Assembly (NCBI GenBank): GCA_004431415.1
Contig: QPMI01000145.1
Coordinates: forward strand, 62,001-126,000
Source: Cyanophora paradoxa CCMP329
Lineage: Eukaryota; Plantae; Glaucophyta
Length of the DNA: 64,000 nt
Direction: 5' to 3'
The notes under the pieces are model-generated. The model ran no database searches, was not told where the DNA came from, and worked only from the letters and a program-made list of their open reading frames with translations. Made by a program: the position numbers and the translations under genes. Below are positions 24,989 through 34,948 of this stretch, one piece after another (position 1 is the stretch's first letter; each line of letters starts with the position of its first letter).

Positions 24989-25114
24989 GGCAACATTTCG
25001 GGCCAGCAGCAGCAGTAATTCAGGCACGTGTACCATAGTAGAGGCCCCTCGGCACATGCAAGTTTGCAATTGCCTATATATATAAAATCAACAGGGAGGC
25101 CGGCCATAGCCAGC

Positions 25115-26644
25115 TCAGGGCCGGCCGCCGGGCAAGGCGCCACGGAGCCTGATGTAACGCTCCATGTGCATGCACGCCTGCCCCGACAGCTCGGTGGCGG
25201 CGTCCACATAGTGCTCGGCGGTGGTGCCGCTGTGCGACCAGCGGCCGTGCACATCAAGAACCCGCTTCTCGGCCCCACCGAGAGCGGCCCATGTGGTGCC
25301 GGTGCGCCGGAAGGAGTGGGAGGAGTAGCCGTCAGGCTGGAGACCCACCGCCTCCGCCATCCGCTTGGGAATGCCGTTGACGTAGCAGTACGACAGCTCC
25401 GCCCCCTGCTCGTTGGCGAAGAGGGGGCGGGAGCTGGCGCGCTGGGCGGCTGTGAAGCTGCTGAGGTACCGACGGAGTGCTCGGGCGGGGTCTAACAGGC
25501 CAAGCTCTGGCATGTCGGAGATCGTGACAGCCCTCGCCCCGCCGCCGCCAACCACCCCGTCGGCGAGCGGGCCGCGGCGGGGCTGGTTCGTCTTGTCCGC
25601 CGGAACTAGGAACGTGAGGCCCGGGCGCATTGCGCCGCGGTCCGCCGCCTCGACGACGTCACGGAGACGTAGGCGGCGGCAGGCGTCGTCGTAGCGGAAC
25701 CAGCCGAAGATCATCGTCAGCACCAGCGCAAGGTCGCGCAGCTGCACTGCTGTCCCCCGACGCAGGAAGTCGTCGGACGTTATCCAGCGCCGAACCTCCT
25801 CAGGGCGGAACGTGCGGGCGGTCTCTGCCGCCCGCCGCGCCGTCATCTCGATGCCGCGGAGGTCGCGGTCGGAGAAGGAGCCTGGGGGTAGTGGGGTGCC
25901 CGCCGCCGCAAGGCCGCACCGCACCGCCGCCAGGTACTTGGTGAGTGTGCTCCACTGCTTGCCCTCCAGCGCCAAGTTTGCCACGTACAGCCGCACGGAC
26001 TCTGCACCGTGAGGCGGACAGTCGATCTCCGTGCAGAAGGTGATGAACCGGCGGTAGATGCGGGCGTACTCGGCCTGGGTCCCGCTGCTGTGAGCGTAAC
26101 CTTCCCAGGCATGCGCCGCCGCCCTCAGCTCGGCCTGCCGCGCTTGGCGGGCCGGCCCGCCGGCTGCTGGGGCGGAAGCCGGTGCCGCGCGGGGGGAGGG
26201 GCCCGTGGCGCCGCGGCCGGCGCCCACGGGGCGGGGTTCCGGGGGAGCGGGGGGAGCCCTTCCCCCGTAGTTGAGAGGGGGCGAAGAGGGTGCAGGTCCT
26301 GCAGCTGCCGGGCTGGGCCAGCGGACCGCGGTGGCCACAGGAACAGCGTTGCGTCCTGCAGGGGCACCGCGGCCTGCGCCTCCGAGGAGGGCGGCGAAGA
26401 GAGCGGAGGGGGCCGCTGCGGCGGGGGTAGGAGGGCATCCGCGGGCAGCTCCTGCGCGGCCAGAGCCTCGATCAGCGTCGCTGCTGGGGCAGGAGCGCAT
26501 ATCCAGAGGGGCCAAGGGGAACGCCCTAGCCCGATAGCGCCCTTGGACGGTGCCGAGAAGAAGAGGTGTCGGGGCCCTCGTCCGGCGGGAAGAGGGGCCA
26601 GGAGCCAGCCGCGGGCAGCTGCGAGGGCCACCAGGGGGCGCCAC
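25115..26644 (-). CDS. Tyrosine recombinase of YR retrotransposon copy 1 (true start uncertain; core begins ~26130)
   Basis: SAM-like N-domain (TQAEYARIYRRFITFC...STLTKYLAAVR). Complete catalytic set: RDLAL...GWFR, DKTNQ, HSFRR, GRW, EHYV. Confidence 0.95.
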   Translation of the reverse strand: MAPPGGPRSCPRLAPGPSSRRTRAPTPLLLGTVQGRYRARAFPLAPLDMRSCPSSDADRGSGRAGAARGCPPTPAAAAPSALFAALLGGAGRGAPAGRNAVPVATAVRWPSPAAAGPAPSSPPLNYGGRAPPAPPEPRPVGAGRGATGPSPRAAPASAPAAGGPARQARQAELRAAAHAWEGYAHSSGTQAEYARIYRRFITFCTEIDCPPHGAESVRLYVANLALEGKQWSTLTKYLAAVRCGLAAAGTPLPPGSFSDRDLRGIEMTARRAAETARTFRPEEVRRWITSDDFLRRGTAVQLRDLALVLTMIFGWFRYDDACRRLRLRDVVEAADRGAMRPGLTFLVPADKTNQPRRGPLADGVVGGGGARAVTISDMPELGLLDPARALRRYLSSFTAAQRASSRPLFANEQGAELSYCYVNGIPKRMAEAVGLQPDGYSSHSFRRTGTTWAALGGAEKRVLDVHGRWSHSGTTAEHYVDAATELSGQACMHMERYIRLRGALPGGRP

Positions 26645-26901
26645 TCCAGGGCTGCTGGCTGCCGCTGGATGAGCCAGACGACGGGGCCCGCGCTTTGCCA
26701 GCCGTACTCCTGCAGCCAGTTGAGGAAGCGGGCCCGCAGCTGCCAGTCGACAGTGACGATAGACCCGTCCACGGGCAGGCTGCCGACGAAGGGTGGGCCG
26801 TGCCGGTTGAAGATGTGCACGTGGGGGAGCTCGGGGCGGGCGCGGCCAAGGCCAGCCGCGAGAGCCAGCGCCTCAGGCCACCATGCAGGATCGGGGCGCA
26901 C
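26125..26901 (-). CDS. Domain downstream of RNase H, at the position of the DIRS methyltransferase-like domain (degenerate)
   Basis: HVHIFNRHGPPF...EWRPLV...LPAGRGPRHLFF...PWPLWI. It is in frame with RT-RH in copy 2 (ORF 34314-36359) and one base out in copy 1. No clear NPPY/F motif. Confidence 0.45.
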   Translation of the reverse strand: MRPDPAWWPEALALAAGLGRARPELPHVHIFNRHGPPFVGSLPVDGSIVTVDWQLRARFLNWLQEYGWQSAGPVVWLIQRQPAALEWRPLVALAAARGWLLAPLPAGRGPRHLFFSAPSKGAIGLGRSPWPLWICAPAPAATLIEALAAQELPADALLPPPQRPPPLSSPPSSEAQAAVPLQDATLFLWPPRSAGPARQLQDLHPLRPLSTTGEGLPPLPRNPAPWAPAAAPRAPPPARHRLPPQQPAGRPAKRGRPS

Positions 26902-29900
26902 GTCCGCGATCCCGCGTCGGCCACCACATTATCCTTGCCGCGAACGTGCACCGCCTCCAAGGTGACTTGGGCACGGATGCAGGCGCTAAAGAGCTGCAGC
27001 GCGAGGTCCATCATCCCCTCGTTGACGCTGCCCCGCAGCGCCGCCGCCACCGCGGATGAGTTGTCTACACGGGCCACGACGTGGCTGCCAGGGCTCAGGC
27101 GCGGGAAGAGCTCCGTCGCTGCGATCAGGACGGCCCGCAGCTCACGCCAGCAGTTATCCTCGCCTGCAAGCTCTGGCGACCAGCAGCCAAAGGTGCAGCA
27201 GAAATCGCGGGAGTTGAGGGCGAGGGGATCCGCCGTGGCGTCGATGTCAAGGGCGGCGCAGAAGCCGGTGCCGGAGGCGTCTGTGAATAGGCGGAACGCC
27301 TTGGACGGGCGCCAAAGTGGGGCAGGGGGGGCGCTCGGCAGGTACTCCAGCAGCCAGGAGATGACCTGCTGCTGGAGCGGGCCCAGTGGGACGTGGGCCA
27401 TGGCCAGCTGCCCTCTAGCTCCAGCCGCGTCGGCTTGCGCGACCGCCGCTGTGAGCGGGCGGGACACCAGCGCGGCCCCAACAAAGGCATGCCGAGCCGC
27501 GTTGAGCGAGCCGGCGATCCGCTGGAGCTCGACGGCGGGGGCTGCGGTCGCGCCGCGCAGTAGCTCGAGCACCGCAAGAAGCTTGCGAAGCTTCTTCTCC
27601 GGCAGATAACACCGGCCCCGGGCCGTGTCAAGGACAAGGCCCAGGTGCTCCCGGTCCTGGGAAGGCGTGAACCTGGTCTTGTCTGAAAATGTGAGGCCCA
27701 GCAGGACGCCCAGGTACTGCAGGTGCAGCGAGACGAGGATCGCCTCTTCAAGCGTCTCGCAGATGAAGAGGCCGTCGTCGATGTATGTACAGAGGAGGAC
27801 GCCCGCGAGCACAAGCCAGTACTTCGCGAAGGCCCTCATCACCTTCGTGAAGATGTAGCACGCGGCGGCGACCCCGAAGGGGAGGGCCTGATACACATAG
27901 TAGTGCGTCACCCCTCCTATCGTCCACTTGAAGGCCAGGATGCAGGCCGTCAGCATGCAGAGTGCGATGTGGTAGTAGCCCTTTCGCAGGTCGTAGGATA
28001 CGAGCCAGCAGTTGGGATACCGACGCAGGAGCTCGATCACCTGGTCGAGCGTCTGGTAGCGGAACGAGCGAAGGTGAATGTAGCGGTTGACACGCTTGGC
28101 ATCGAGGCAGAGCCGGAATTTGTCCGCCCCTTTCTTATCCACCGTGTGAAGGGAAGACACCAGGGGGGGCTTGGGCTCGTCCGGGCCGACGCGGCGCACT
28201 AGTACTGCACCCAGCGCGACCATGCTCTTTTTCGGGCCTTCTACCTCCGAATCCACGAAGGCTTTATGCGCCGGCGAGATCGAGCATGAGGGGCGCGGTT
28301 CTTCCTCAAACGCCGGAATCTGATCCGGCGTGATCGCCTGCGAGGGGTCCCAGGGGTCGCGCGGGTCGAATCTGTCGGCGTCTCGCAGGGCGAAGCGCGC
28401 TCCGCGAGATAGGACAAGCTTCACATAGCGCGGAACGGTTGTCCCCGCCTTCCTGAACTGCCTCACCCATGCCGCGGCATGTGTTTTAAACTGGCCTGCG
28501 CGGAATGCGGCCTCGTGCGCTTTGAAATCGTATGGTGGGGGCTGCCCGTGCTCACGCACGAAGGCCCGTAGCCTCTCAAGGCGTGCTCCACCCGTTCCCG
28601 GCGGTGCCAATGCGTTGGAGTTCGATAGCGCTATCAGCTCGCCCCCCCGCATGCCCGGCAGGTCGACCTCATGGTCACAATCAGAAGTAGAAGTCAATTT
28701 TGGCCCGTAGGCCTCGACTGGCCAGGGCCCTACATGTACAGTGTCATCCATCACTGCCAGGTCCCAGGCCACACGTGTCCCGCTGAACCCCACCGAGGCC
28801 TGCGCACTACTGGCGCCGGCGCTGGGGGGAGCGGCCGCGCGGGCTGCGGGAGCGCTTGCGCTCGCGATCGCTGTCCTTGGGGGGGGTACGCTGGCGGGGG
28901 GCCGGGGGCATCCGGTTGCCGCCGCCTCCCCCCTTGCCGCCGCCGTTGTAGCCGCCGCCGCTGTTGTGGCCGCCGCCGCCGTTGTAGCCCCCGCTGCCGC
29001 CCTGGCCGCCGCCGGAGCCGACGTCGCGCCGGGAGAGGGCGGCCAGCTGCTTGGGGTCGGCTGCGAGGGGTAGAAATCAGGGGTGAAAAGGCCGTGGCCC
29101 GCAGGGTCGTTGCAGGCAAGGCCGTGGCCCGCACGTTTGATCTGGACGCCGTCGCCGTGCGCCAGCTGCGCCTCCTCCACCCCCGCGTCGGTGGCCTTCT
29201 TGACGAGGTCGCGCTTCGACTTGCCCGGGTCGGTGCCGTCAGGGCTCTTGAAGAGGCCCTCCAGCGTGATCCGGCGCCCCTCCGGCTTCCAGATGCGCGG
29301 CGGCGTCTCCTTGACCAGCCGCGTCGACTTGATGCCGGTGAGGGGCATGTCGTCGCCGATCTTGCTCATCGCCGTGCGGATGAGCTCGGCCGAGAGGTTG
29401 GTCTGGAGGAAGGCGCCGTACGACGAGTTCGTCTTCGCCATGTAGGCCTCCGCGCCCTTGTTCTTGTCGTACGGGTCCGGGGCGGGCACGCCGCGGGACG
29501 CCCCAGCGCTCACGGCGTCCGACGCCGGGTCAGCCAGGCCGCGGATCTCCAGGTTGGCCAGGTGGCCCAGGCGGCTGAGGTGGAGCGCCTTCACCAGCAA
29601 GCCCTTGGCGGCCTCCTTCTCGCCCGCCTTCCTGAGGAGCGCCACGCTCTGAAGACAGGACTGGACGAGGCCGCGGTTGGCCGCCAGCGCGCGGGCGGCG
29701 GCGTCGGTGCAAGCGTTCGCCATGTAGCCGGCGCCGGCCGCGAGCGCCGCCCGGATGATCTCCTTGACTGCGGGGTTCTGGATGTCGTTGCTGATCTCCG
29801 ATGCGCACAGGCCCGCGCGGGCCAGGCGGGCCTGGTGCAGTGAGATGTCGGTGCGCTCCTTGACGGCGGCGGGGTCGATGCCGAAGAAGCCCGCGAGGTC

Positions 29901-31778
29901 CGCCAGCTTGTCGGGATCATCCAGCGCCTCGAGGATGTTCTTCATGTCGCCCTGAGGCTCGGGGCTGCGGGAGCGGTCGCGGGAGCGGTGGGGTTCGTCG
30001 TCCAGGCGGCGCTCCAGGCGGCTAACGAAATTCTCCAGGCCCCTCTCCAGACGCCCGAGGCGGTCGCCCGTGCGATCGTGCTCGCCGTCGCGCCGGCGCT
30101 CGCGCTCCTCCTCCCGATCGTAGTCCCGCTCACGATCGTAGTCCCGCTCGCGATCGTAGTCCCGCCGGTCGCCGTTCGCGTCGTCACGATCGCCGTCACC
30201 CCAGCGCTCGCCGTCCGCGTCACGCGCGCCGCCGCCGCCGCCGCGGCCGGCGCCGCCGGCACCGCCGTTACCGGCGGGCCGGCCCGCCGCGGCCGACGTC
30301 GCCAGCGCCAGCTGCAGGGACCCCGCCATGACCGGGCCCCGCCGGGCGCCCGACGCGCCGGCGCCGGCGTTGCCAGCGTTGGCGCCGGCGCCCGCCGCCG
30401 ATGCGCCGCTCTCCAGCTGAGCCAGAAAGAGCTTCATGGCCAGTGCTTGCTGCTCGTTGTCGCCGTAGCCGACCCCAGCGTGGTCCAGTACGTCACCGAT
30501 GAGACCGCCGCTGAGGCGGGCATGGGTGCCGCCGACGACCTCGGTCGGCGTTGCCGCGCCGGCGGCCCGTGCCGCCGTGGTCGGAACCTCCACACCCACG
30601 GCGATCGCCAGCCAGCCAACAGTCAGCACCCGCCCGCTCGTCACCGCCTCCAGCACCGGCGCCATGCGCCGGTCCGCCAGGCACTTGCCGAACTGCCCGG
30701 CGAACTCGGCCGACCGGGCGTCCGCTCGGAAAGGCACCGCGAGAGACTGGAGGATCCGGAACTCGATTGAGCCTGACGGGGCCGCGGAGGCGAAGCGGGC
30801 GAACGTGACGCCGGGCGATTGGCCGAGTACGATGCGGATGACGCGATTGAACGCCGCCCGCACGGCGAGCGTTGCGTGGAGGACCGCCGCGCCGTCGTCG
30901 GGGTCCAGCCGGGTGAGCGCCGCTGCCCGGTGGAACACCAGCGACTCCGGGCCCTCGCCGACGATCCACACGTGTTCGGCGAACAGCTCCGTGGTCTCGC
31001 ACGCCGCGTCCTCCGTACCACGATCCGTCCAGGCGATGTCCAGGCGGCGGCGGCCGCCGGCATCCGGCGTGGCCATCGACACTTCGAGCACGTCTGCGCC
31101 GGCTCTCGCCGACCACGCAAAGAGCCGGCCACGGTCGTCGAACGCCGGCAGAGACATGGCGAAGCCGTCCAGAGCCGCCTCCTCCGTCGGCAGCGCCGCG
31201 GTTTCGTCGGCGCCCGCGGCCCGGCCAACCGCGACGCGCGCGATCAGCTCTGCCTTGAGGGTCACTGGCACCCGTAGGTTGAGCGCCATCACACCCAGCC
31301 GTAGCTGCTCTGCGCTCGCCAAAAAGAAACCGGATGAGCTGCTGTCCATGGAGTCCGCCAGCCCGCCAGCACTCCCCAGCCCATGCGCTAGCCCCGCCAA
31401 TCCCGCGCGACTCCGACGCTTCGTGAAGCGTCCCTCCATCGGCCATAGCCGATCCTCGCTCACGGCCGTATGCCGACGGAGCGGAGCCTCCAATGGTCGA
31501 CCACGGAGCCAGCCGCCGTGTCCGGGTAACTCAGCCCCTGTTTCTAGCGGTCTAGCGGGTCCAGCCTGCGCGTTTCCGAGCGCGCGGGCCCGGCCCGCCA
31601 GGGCCCCGGGGTTCCCCAAGGCGGAATGGGCGAAGGGGGTCACACCTTCGCTAGCGATGAGAAGTCGATCGAGGTCTCCGTTGCCTGCCATCGCGACCGT
31701 ACGCGTGCCTGACACTGCTGCTGCTGGCAATGAGATCGGCAACACGCCCGGCAAATCGGGCAGTCGACGGGTACCCAA
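26526..31778 (-). CDS. Gag-like + reverse transcriptase + RNase H polyprotein of copy 1 (likely ATG at 31349)
   Basis: 1750-aa open frame. RT: KFRLCLDAKRVN, YDLRKGYYHI, ALPFG, YIDD. RNase H: LFTDASGTG, WRELRAV, VDNSSAV, HVRGKDNVVADAGSR. The N-terminal helical region contains DYDRER repeats. Confidence 0.93.
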   Translation of the reverse strand: MGTRRLPDLPGVLPISLPAAAVSGTRTVAMAGNGDLDRLLIASEGVTPFAHSALGNPGALAGRARALGNAQAGPARPLETGAELPGHGGWLRGRPLEAPLRRHTAVSEDRLWPMEGRFTKRRSRAGLAGLAHGLGSAGGLADSMDSSSSGFFLASAEQLRLGVMALNLRVPVTLKAELIARVAVGRAAGADETAALPTEEAALDGFAMSLPAFDDRGRLFAWSARAGADVLEVSMATPDAGGRRRLDIAWTDRGTEDAACETTELFAEHVWIVGEGPESLVFHRAAALTRLDPDDGAAVLHATLAVRAAFNRVIRIVLGQSPGVTFARFASAAPSGSIEFRILQSLAVPFRADARSAEFAGQFGKCLADRRMAPVLEAVTSGRVLTVGWLAIAVGVEVPTTAARAAGAATPTEVVGGTHARLSGGLIGDVLDHAGVGYGDNEQQALAMKLFLAQLESGASAAGAGANAGNAGAGASGARRGPVMAGSLQLALATSAAAGRPAGNGGAGGAGRGGGGGARDADGERWGDGDRDDANGDRRDYDRERDYDRERDYDREEERERRRDGEHDRTGDRLGRLERGLENFVSRLERRLDDEPHRSRDRSRSPEPQGDMKNILEALDDPDKLADLAGFFGIDPAAVKERTDISLHQARLARAGLCASEISNDIQNPAVKEIIRAALAAGAGYMANACTDAAARALAANRGLVQSCLQSVALLRKAGEKEAAKGLLVKALHLSRLGHLANLEIRGLADPASDAVSAGASRGVPAPDPYDKNKGAEAYMAKTNSSYGAFLQTNLSAELIRTAMSKIGDDMPLTGIKSTRLVKETPPRIWKPEGRRITLEGLFKSPDGTDPGKSKRDLVKKATDAGVEEAQLAHGDGVQIKRAGHGLACNDPAGHGLFTPDFYPSQPTPSSWPPSPGATSAPAAARAAAGATTAAAATTAAAATTAAARGEAAATGCPRPPASVPPPRTAIASASAPAARAAAPPSAGASSAQASVGFSGTRVAWDLAVMDDTVHVGPWPVEAYGPKLTSTSDCDHEVDLPGMRGGELIALSNSNALAPPGTGGARLERLRAFVREHGQPPPYDFKAHEAAFRAGQFKTHAAAWVRQFRKAGTTVPRYVKLVLSRGARFALRDADRFDPRDPWDPSQAITPDQIPAFEEEPRPSCSISPAHKAFVDSEVEGPKKSMVALGAVLVRRVGPDEPKPPLVSSLHTVDKKGADKFRLCLDAKRVNRYIHLRSFRYQTLDQVIELLRRYPNCWLVSYDLRKGYYHIALCMLTACILAFKWTIGGVTHYYVYQALPFGVAAACYIFTKVMRAFAKYWLVLAGVLLCTYIDDGLFICETLEEAILVSLHLQYLGVLLGLTFSDKTRFTPSQDREHLGLVLDTARGRCYLPEKKLRKLLAVLELLRGATAAPAVELQRIAGSLNAARHAFVGAALVSRPLTAAVAQADAAGARGQLAMAHVPLGPLQQQVISWLLEYLPSAPPAPLWRPSKAFRLFTDASGTGFCAALDIDATADPLALNSRDFCCTFGCWSPELAGEDNCWRELRAVLIAATELFPRLSPGSHVVARVDNSSAVAAALRGSVNEGMMDLALQLFSACIRAQVTLEAVHVRGKDNVVADAGSRTCAPILHGGLRRWLSRLALAAPAPSSPTCTSSTGTAHPSSAACPWTGLSSLSTGSCGPASSTGCRSTAGKARAPSSGSSSGSQQPWSGAPWWPSQLPAAGSWPLFPPDEGPDTSSSRHRPRALSG

Positions 31779-31998
31779 CGACTGAGCCGGTGGCCCGGGT
31801 ACAGCGAGCCCGTATCGCAGATGCGGGTACCGCCGCGCCCTGGCTCGCAGATCTGGGTACGCCGTGCGTCCGATCGCGATCCGATGATCGCGATCGCAAG
31901 CAGCAGGCGCGCGGCTCGTGCAAGCTGCTTTCGCGTTCGGCTCGGCCTTCGCTAGAAGAAAGCAGATTACTCGTACGCTTTGCTAGAGTAATCTTCCC

Positions 31999-32039
31999 CG
32001 AAACTCCGGTGCGAAGCGGGCCTTAGGTTCCCGGATCCG
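31999..32039. repeat. Second, identical 41-bp array fragment between YR copies 1 and 2
   Basis: Identical to 23482-23522, including the CCTTAGG variant. Confidence 0.97.
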
Positions 32040-33628
32040 TTCTTCCACGCTCACGGCCGCAGCCAAACGCGTCCGCAGCGTGCCGGCCTCTGGCCGCCGC
32101 AAGGAATTCGAAGGATGAGGGGGTAAGAAGAGGACCGGCCGCCCCGCGGTGGTCCGGCCGGCAGCAAGCAGAGCCCCGTGCGGGGTACCTCATTGGGCCG
32201 CGTCCCAAGGGGCGCGCAGCGCCAAAGGAGGGGCCGCCGAGAGGGCCCCAGGGCCCGAAAAGGTAGACCACTCATTGCCTCGTGGGCGTGGTTGGGGAGG
32301 ATATCTCTTCACTCCCCGTGTGCCGGGGGGTACGCATTTGCTGCCCGGGTACTCATATCGCGCCCGCAGGGGGTAAGCGATTTCGAGGGGGGTACAGCTT
32401 CTTGAGCCAACTGGAAAATAAAGATCCGCCGTAGCAGATAAACCCCCGCATGAACAGCCAAAAGCTCGCGCTTAGGCCCGCGGAAGGCGTGAAGCCGTAG
32501 CTTCCGGGCCCTGGGAAGGTCACAACCGGAAAACAACCTCTCTCGGACGGCGGAATGAAAGGAACTAAGGTTGAAAACTAGTGATGCTGAGCAACCTAAG
32601 GAAACGCGTTTCCTACTAGGCTAAGCCTGTGAAGTAATAAACTGCTGTACATGAAAAATAGACCAGGGAACGAAATAAACCCCGTGTTGATCAGCCTAGG
32701 CCTGCAGCTAGCGCTGGCAGCCTGGCAGCCTGCCAGCCGCAGCAAACCTGACATCGAATTCGATCGAAGACCATGAAAAGTAGCCGGTCTAGGCCTAGGC
32801 CGGGCTTGTAAATGCTCGGCCGGGCTTCGATCGAATTAAAAGCTTCGGTGATGTAGGGGATGGTGGGAGGGTCGGCAACACGCCCGGCAAATCGGGCAGT
32901 CGACGGGTACCCAACGACTGAGCCGGTGGCCCGGGTACAGCGAGCCCGTATCGCAGATGCGGGTACCGCCGCGCCCTGGCTCGCAGATCTGGGTACGCCG
33001 TGCGTCCGATCGCGATCCGATGATCGCGATCGCAAGCAGCAGGCGCGCGGCTCGTGCAAGCTGCTTTCGCGTTCGGCTCGGCCTTCGCTAGAAGAAAGCA
33101 GATTACTCGTACGCTTTGCTAGAGTAATCTTCCCTTCTTCCACGCTCACGGCCGCAGCCAAACGCGTCCGCAGCGTGCCGGCCTCTGGCCGCCGCAAGGA
33201 ATTCGAAGGATGAGGGGGTAAGAAGAGGACCGGCCGCCCCGCGGTGGTCCGGCCGGCAGCAAGCAGAGCCCCGTGCGGGGTACCTCATTGGGCCGCGTCC
33301 CAAGGGGCGCGCAGCGCCAAAGGAGGGGCCGCCGAGAGGGCCCCAGGGCCCGAAAAGGTAGACCACTCATTGCCTCGTGGGCGTGGTTGGGGAGGATATC
33401 TCTTCACTCCCCGTGTGCCGGGGGTACGCATTTGCTGCCCGGGTACTCATATCGCGCCCGCAGGGGGTAAGCGATTTCGAGGGGGGTACAGCTTCTTGAG
33501 CCAGGCAACATTTCGGGCCAGCAGCAGCAGTAATTCAGGCACGTGTACCATAGTAGAGGCCCTCGGCACATGCAAGTTTGCAATTGCCTATATATATAAA
33601 ATCAACAGGGAGGCCGGCCATAGCCAGC

Positions 33629-34948
33629 TCAGGGCCGGCCGCCGGGCAAGGCGCCACGGAGCCTGATGTAACGCTCCATGTGCATGCACGCCTGCCCCGA
33701 CAGCTCGGTGGCGGCGTCCACATAGTGCTCGGCGGTGGTGCCGCTGTGCGACCAGCGGCCGTGCACATCAAGAACCCGCTTCTCGGCCCCACCGAGAGCG
33801 GCCCATGTGGTGCCGGTGCGCCGGAAGGAGTGGGAGGAGTAGCCGTCAGGCTGGAGACCCACCGCCTCCGCCATCCGCTTGGGAATGCAGTTGACGTAGC
33901 AGTACGACAGCTCCGCCCCCTGCTCGTTGGCGAAGAGGGGGCGGGAGCTGGCGCGCTGGGCGGCTGTGAAGCTGCTGAGGTACCGACGGAGTGCTCGGGC
34001 GGGGTCTAACAGGCCAAGCTCTGGCATGTCGGAGATCGTGACAGCCCTCGCCCCGCCGCCGCCAACCACCCCGTCGGCGAGCGGGCCGCGGCGGGGCTGG
34101 TTCGTCTTGTCCGCCGGAACTAGGAACGTGAGGCCCGGGCGCATTGCGCCGCGGTCCGCCGCCTCGACGACGTCACGGAGACGTAGGCGGCGGCAGGCGT
34201 CGTCGTAGCGGAACCAGCCGAAGATCATCGTCAGCACCAGCGCAAGGTCGCGCAGCTGCACTGCTGTCCCCCGACGCAGGAAGTCGTCGGACGTTATCCA
34301 GCGCCGAACCTCCTCAGGGCGGAACGTGCGGGCGGTCTCTGCCGCCCGCCGCGCCGTCATCTCGATGCCGCGGAGGTCGCGGTCGGAGAAGGAGCCTGGG
34401 GGTAGTGGGGTGCCCGCCGCCGCAAGGCCGCACCGCACCGCCGCCAGGTACTTGGTGAGTGTGCTCCACTGCTTGCCCTCCAGCGCCAAGTTTGCCACGT
34501 ACAGCCGCACGTACTCTGCACCGTGAGGCGGACAGTCGATCTCCGTGCAGAAGGTGATGAACCGGCGGTAGATGCGGGCGTACTCGGCCTGGGTCCCGCT
34601 GCTGTGAGCGTAACCTTCCCAGGCATGCGCCGCCGCCCTCAGCTCGGCCTGCCGCGCTTGGCGGGCCGGCCCGCCGGCTGCTGGGGCGGAAGCCGGTGCC
34701 GCGCGGGGGGAGGGGCCCGTGGCGCCGCGGCCGCGCCCACGGGGCGGGGTTCCGGGGAGCGGGGGGAGCCCTTCCCCGTAGTTGAGAGGGGCGAAGAGGG
34801 TGCAGGTCCTGCAGCTGCCGGGCTGGGCCAGCGGACCGCGGTGGCCACAGGAACAGCGTTGCGTCCTGCAGGGGCACCGCGGCCTGCGCCTCCGAGGAGG
34901 GCGGCGAAGAGAGCGGAGGGGGCCGCTGCGGCGGGGGTAGGAGGGCAT
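33629..34948 (-). CDS. Tyrosine recombinase of copy 2
   Basis: Same R-K-HxxR-W-Y motifs as copy 1. Two substitutions seen in the core (AESV to AEYV, VNGIP to VNCIP). Confidence 0.93.
   Translation of the reverse strand: MPSYPRRSGPLRSLRRPPRRRRPRCPCRTQRCSCGHRGPLAQPGSCRTCTLFAPLNYGEGLPPLPGTPPRGRGRGATGPSPRAAPASAPAAGGPARQARQAELRAAAHAWEGYAHSSGTQAEYARIYRRFITFCTEIDCPPHGAEYVRLYVANLALEGKQWSTLTKYLAAVRCGLAAAGTPLPPGSFSDRDLRGIEMTARRAAETARTFRPEEVRRWITSDDFLRRGTAVQLRDLALVLTMIFGWFRYDDACRRLRLRDVVEAADRGAMRPGLTFLVPADKTNQPRRGPLADGVVGGGGARAVTISDMPELGLLDPARALRRYLSSFTAAQRASSRPLFANEQGAELSYCYVNCIPKRMAEAVGLQPDGYSSHSFRRTGTTWAALGGAEKRVLDVHGRWSHSGTTAEHYVDAATELSGQACMHMERYIRLRGALPGGRP

Larger units (their letters stand above)
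23523..31998 (-). mobile_element. Full-length tyrosine-recombinase retrotransposon, copy 1 (DIRS order, split direct repeats, PAT/Ngaro/kangaroo-type ends), 8476 bp
   Basis: In element orientation: A1 (31736-31998), gag/RT/RH, YR, B1 (24619-24988), A2 (24356-24618), 463-bp spacer, B2 (23523-23892). A is 263 bp and B is 370 bp. No TSD. Confidence 0.96.
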
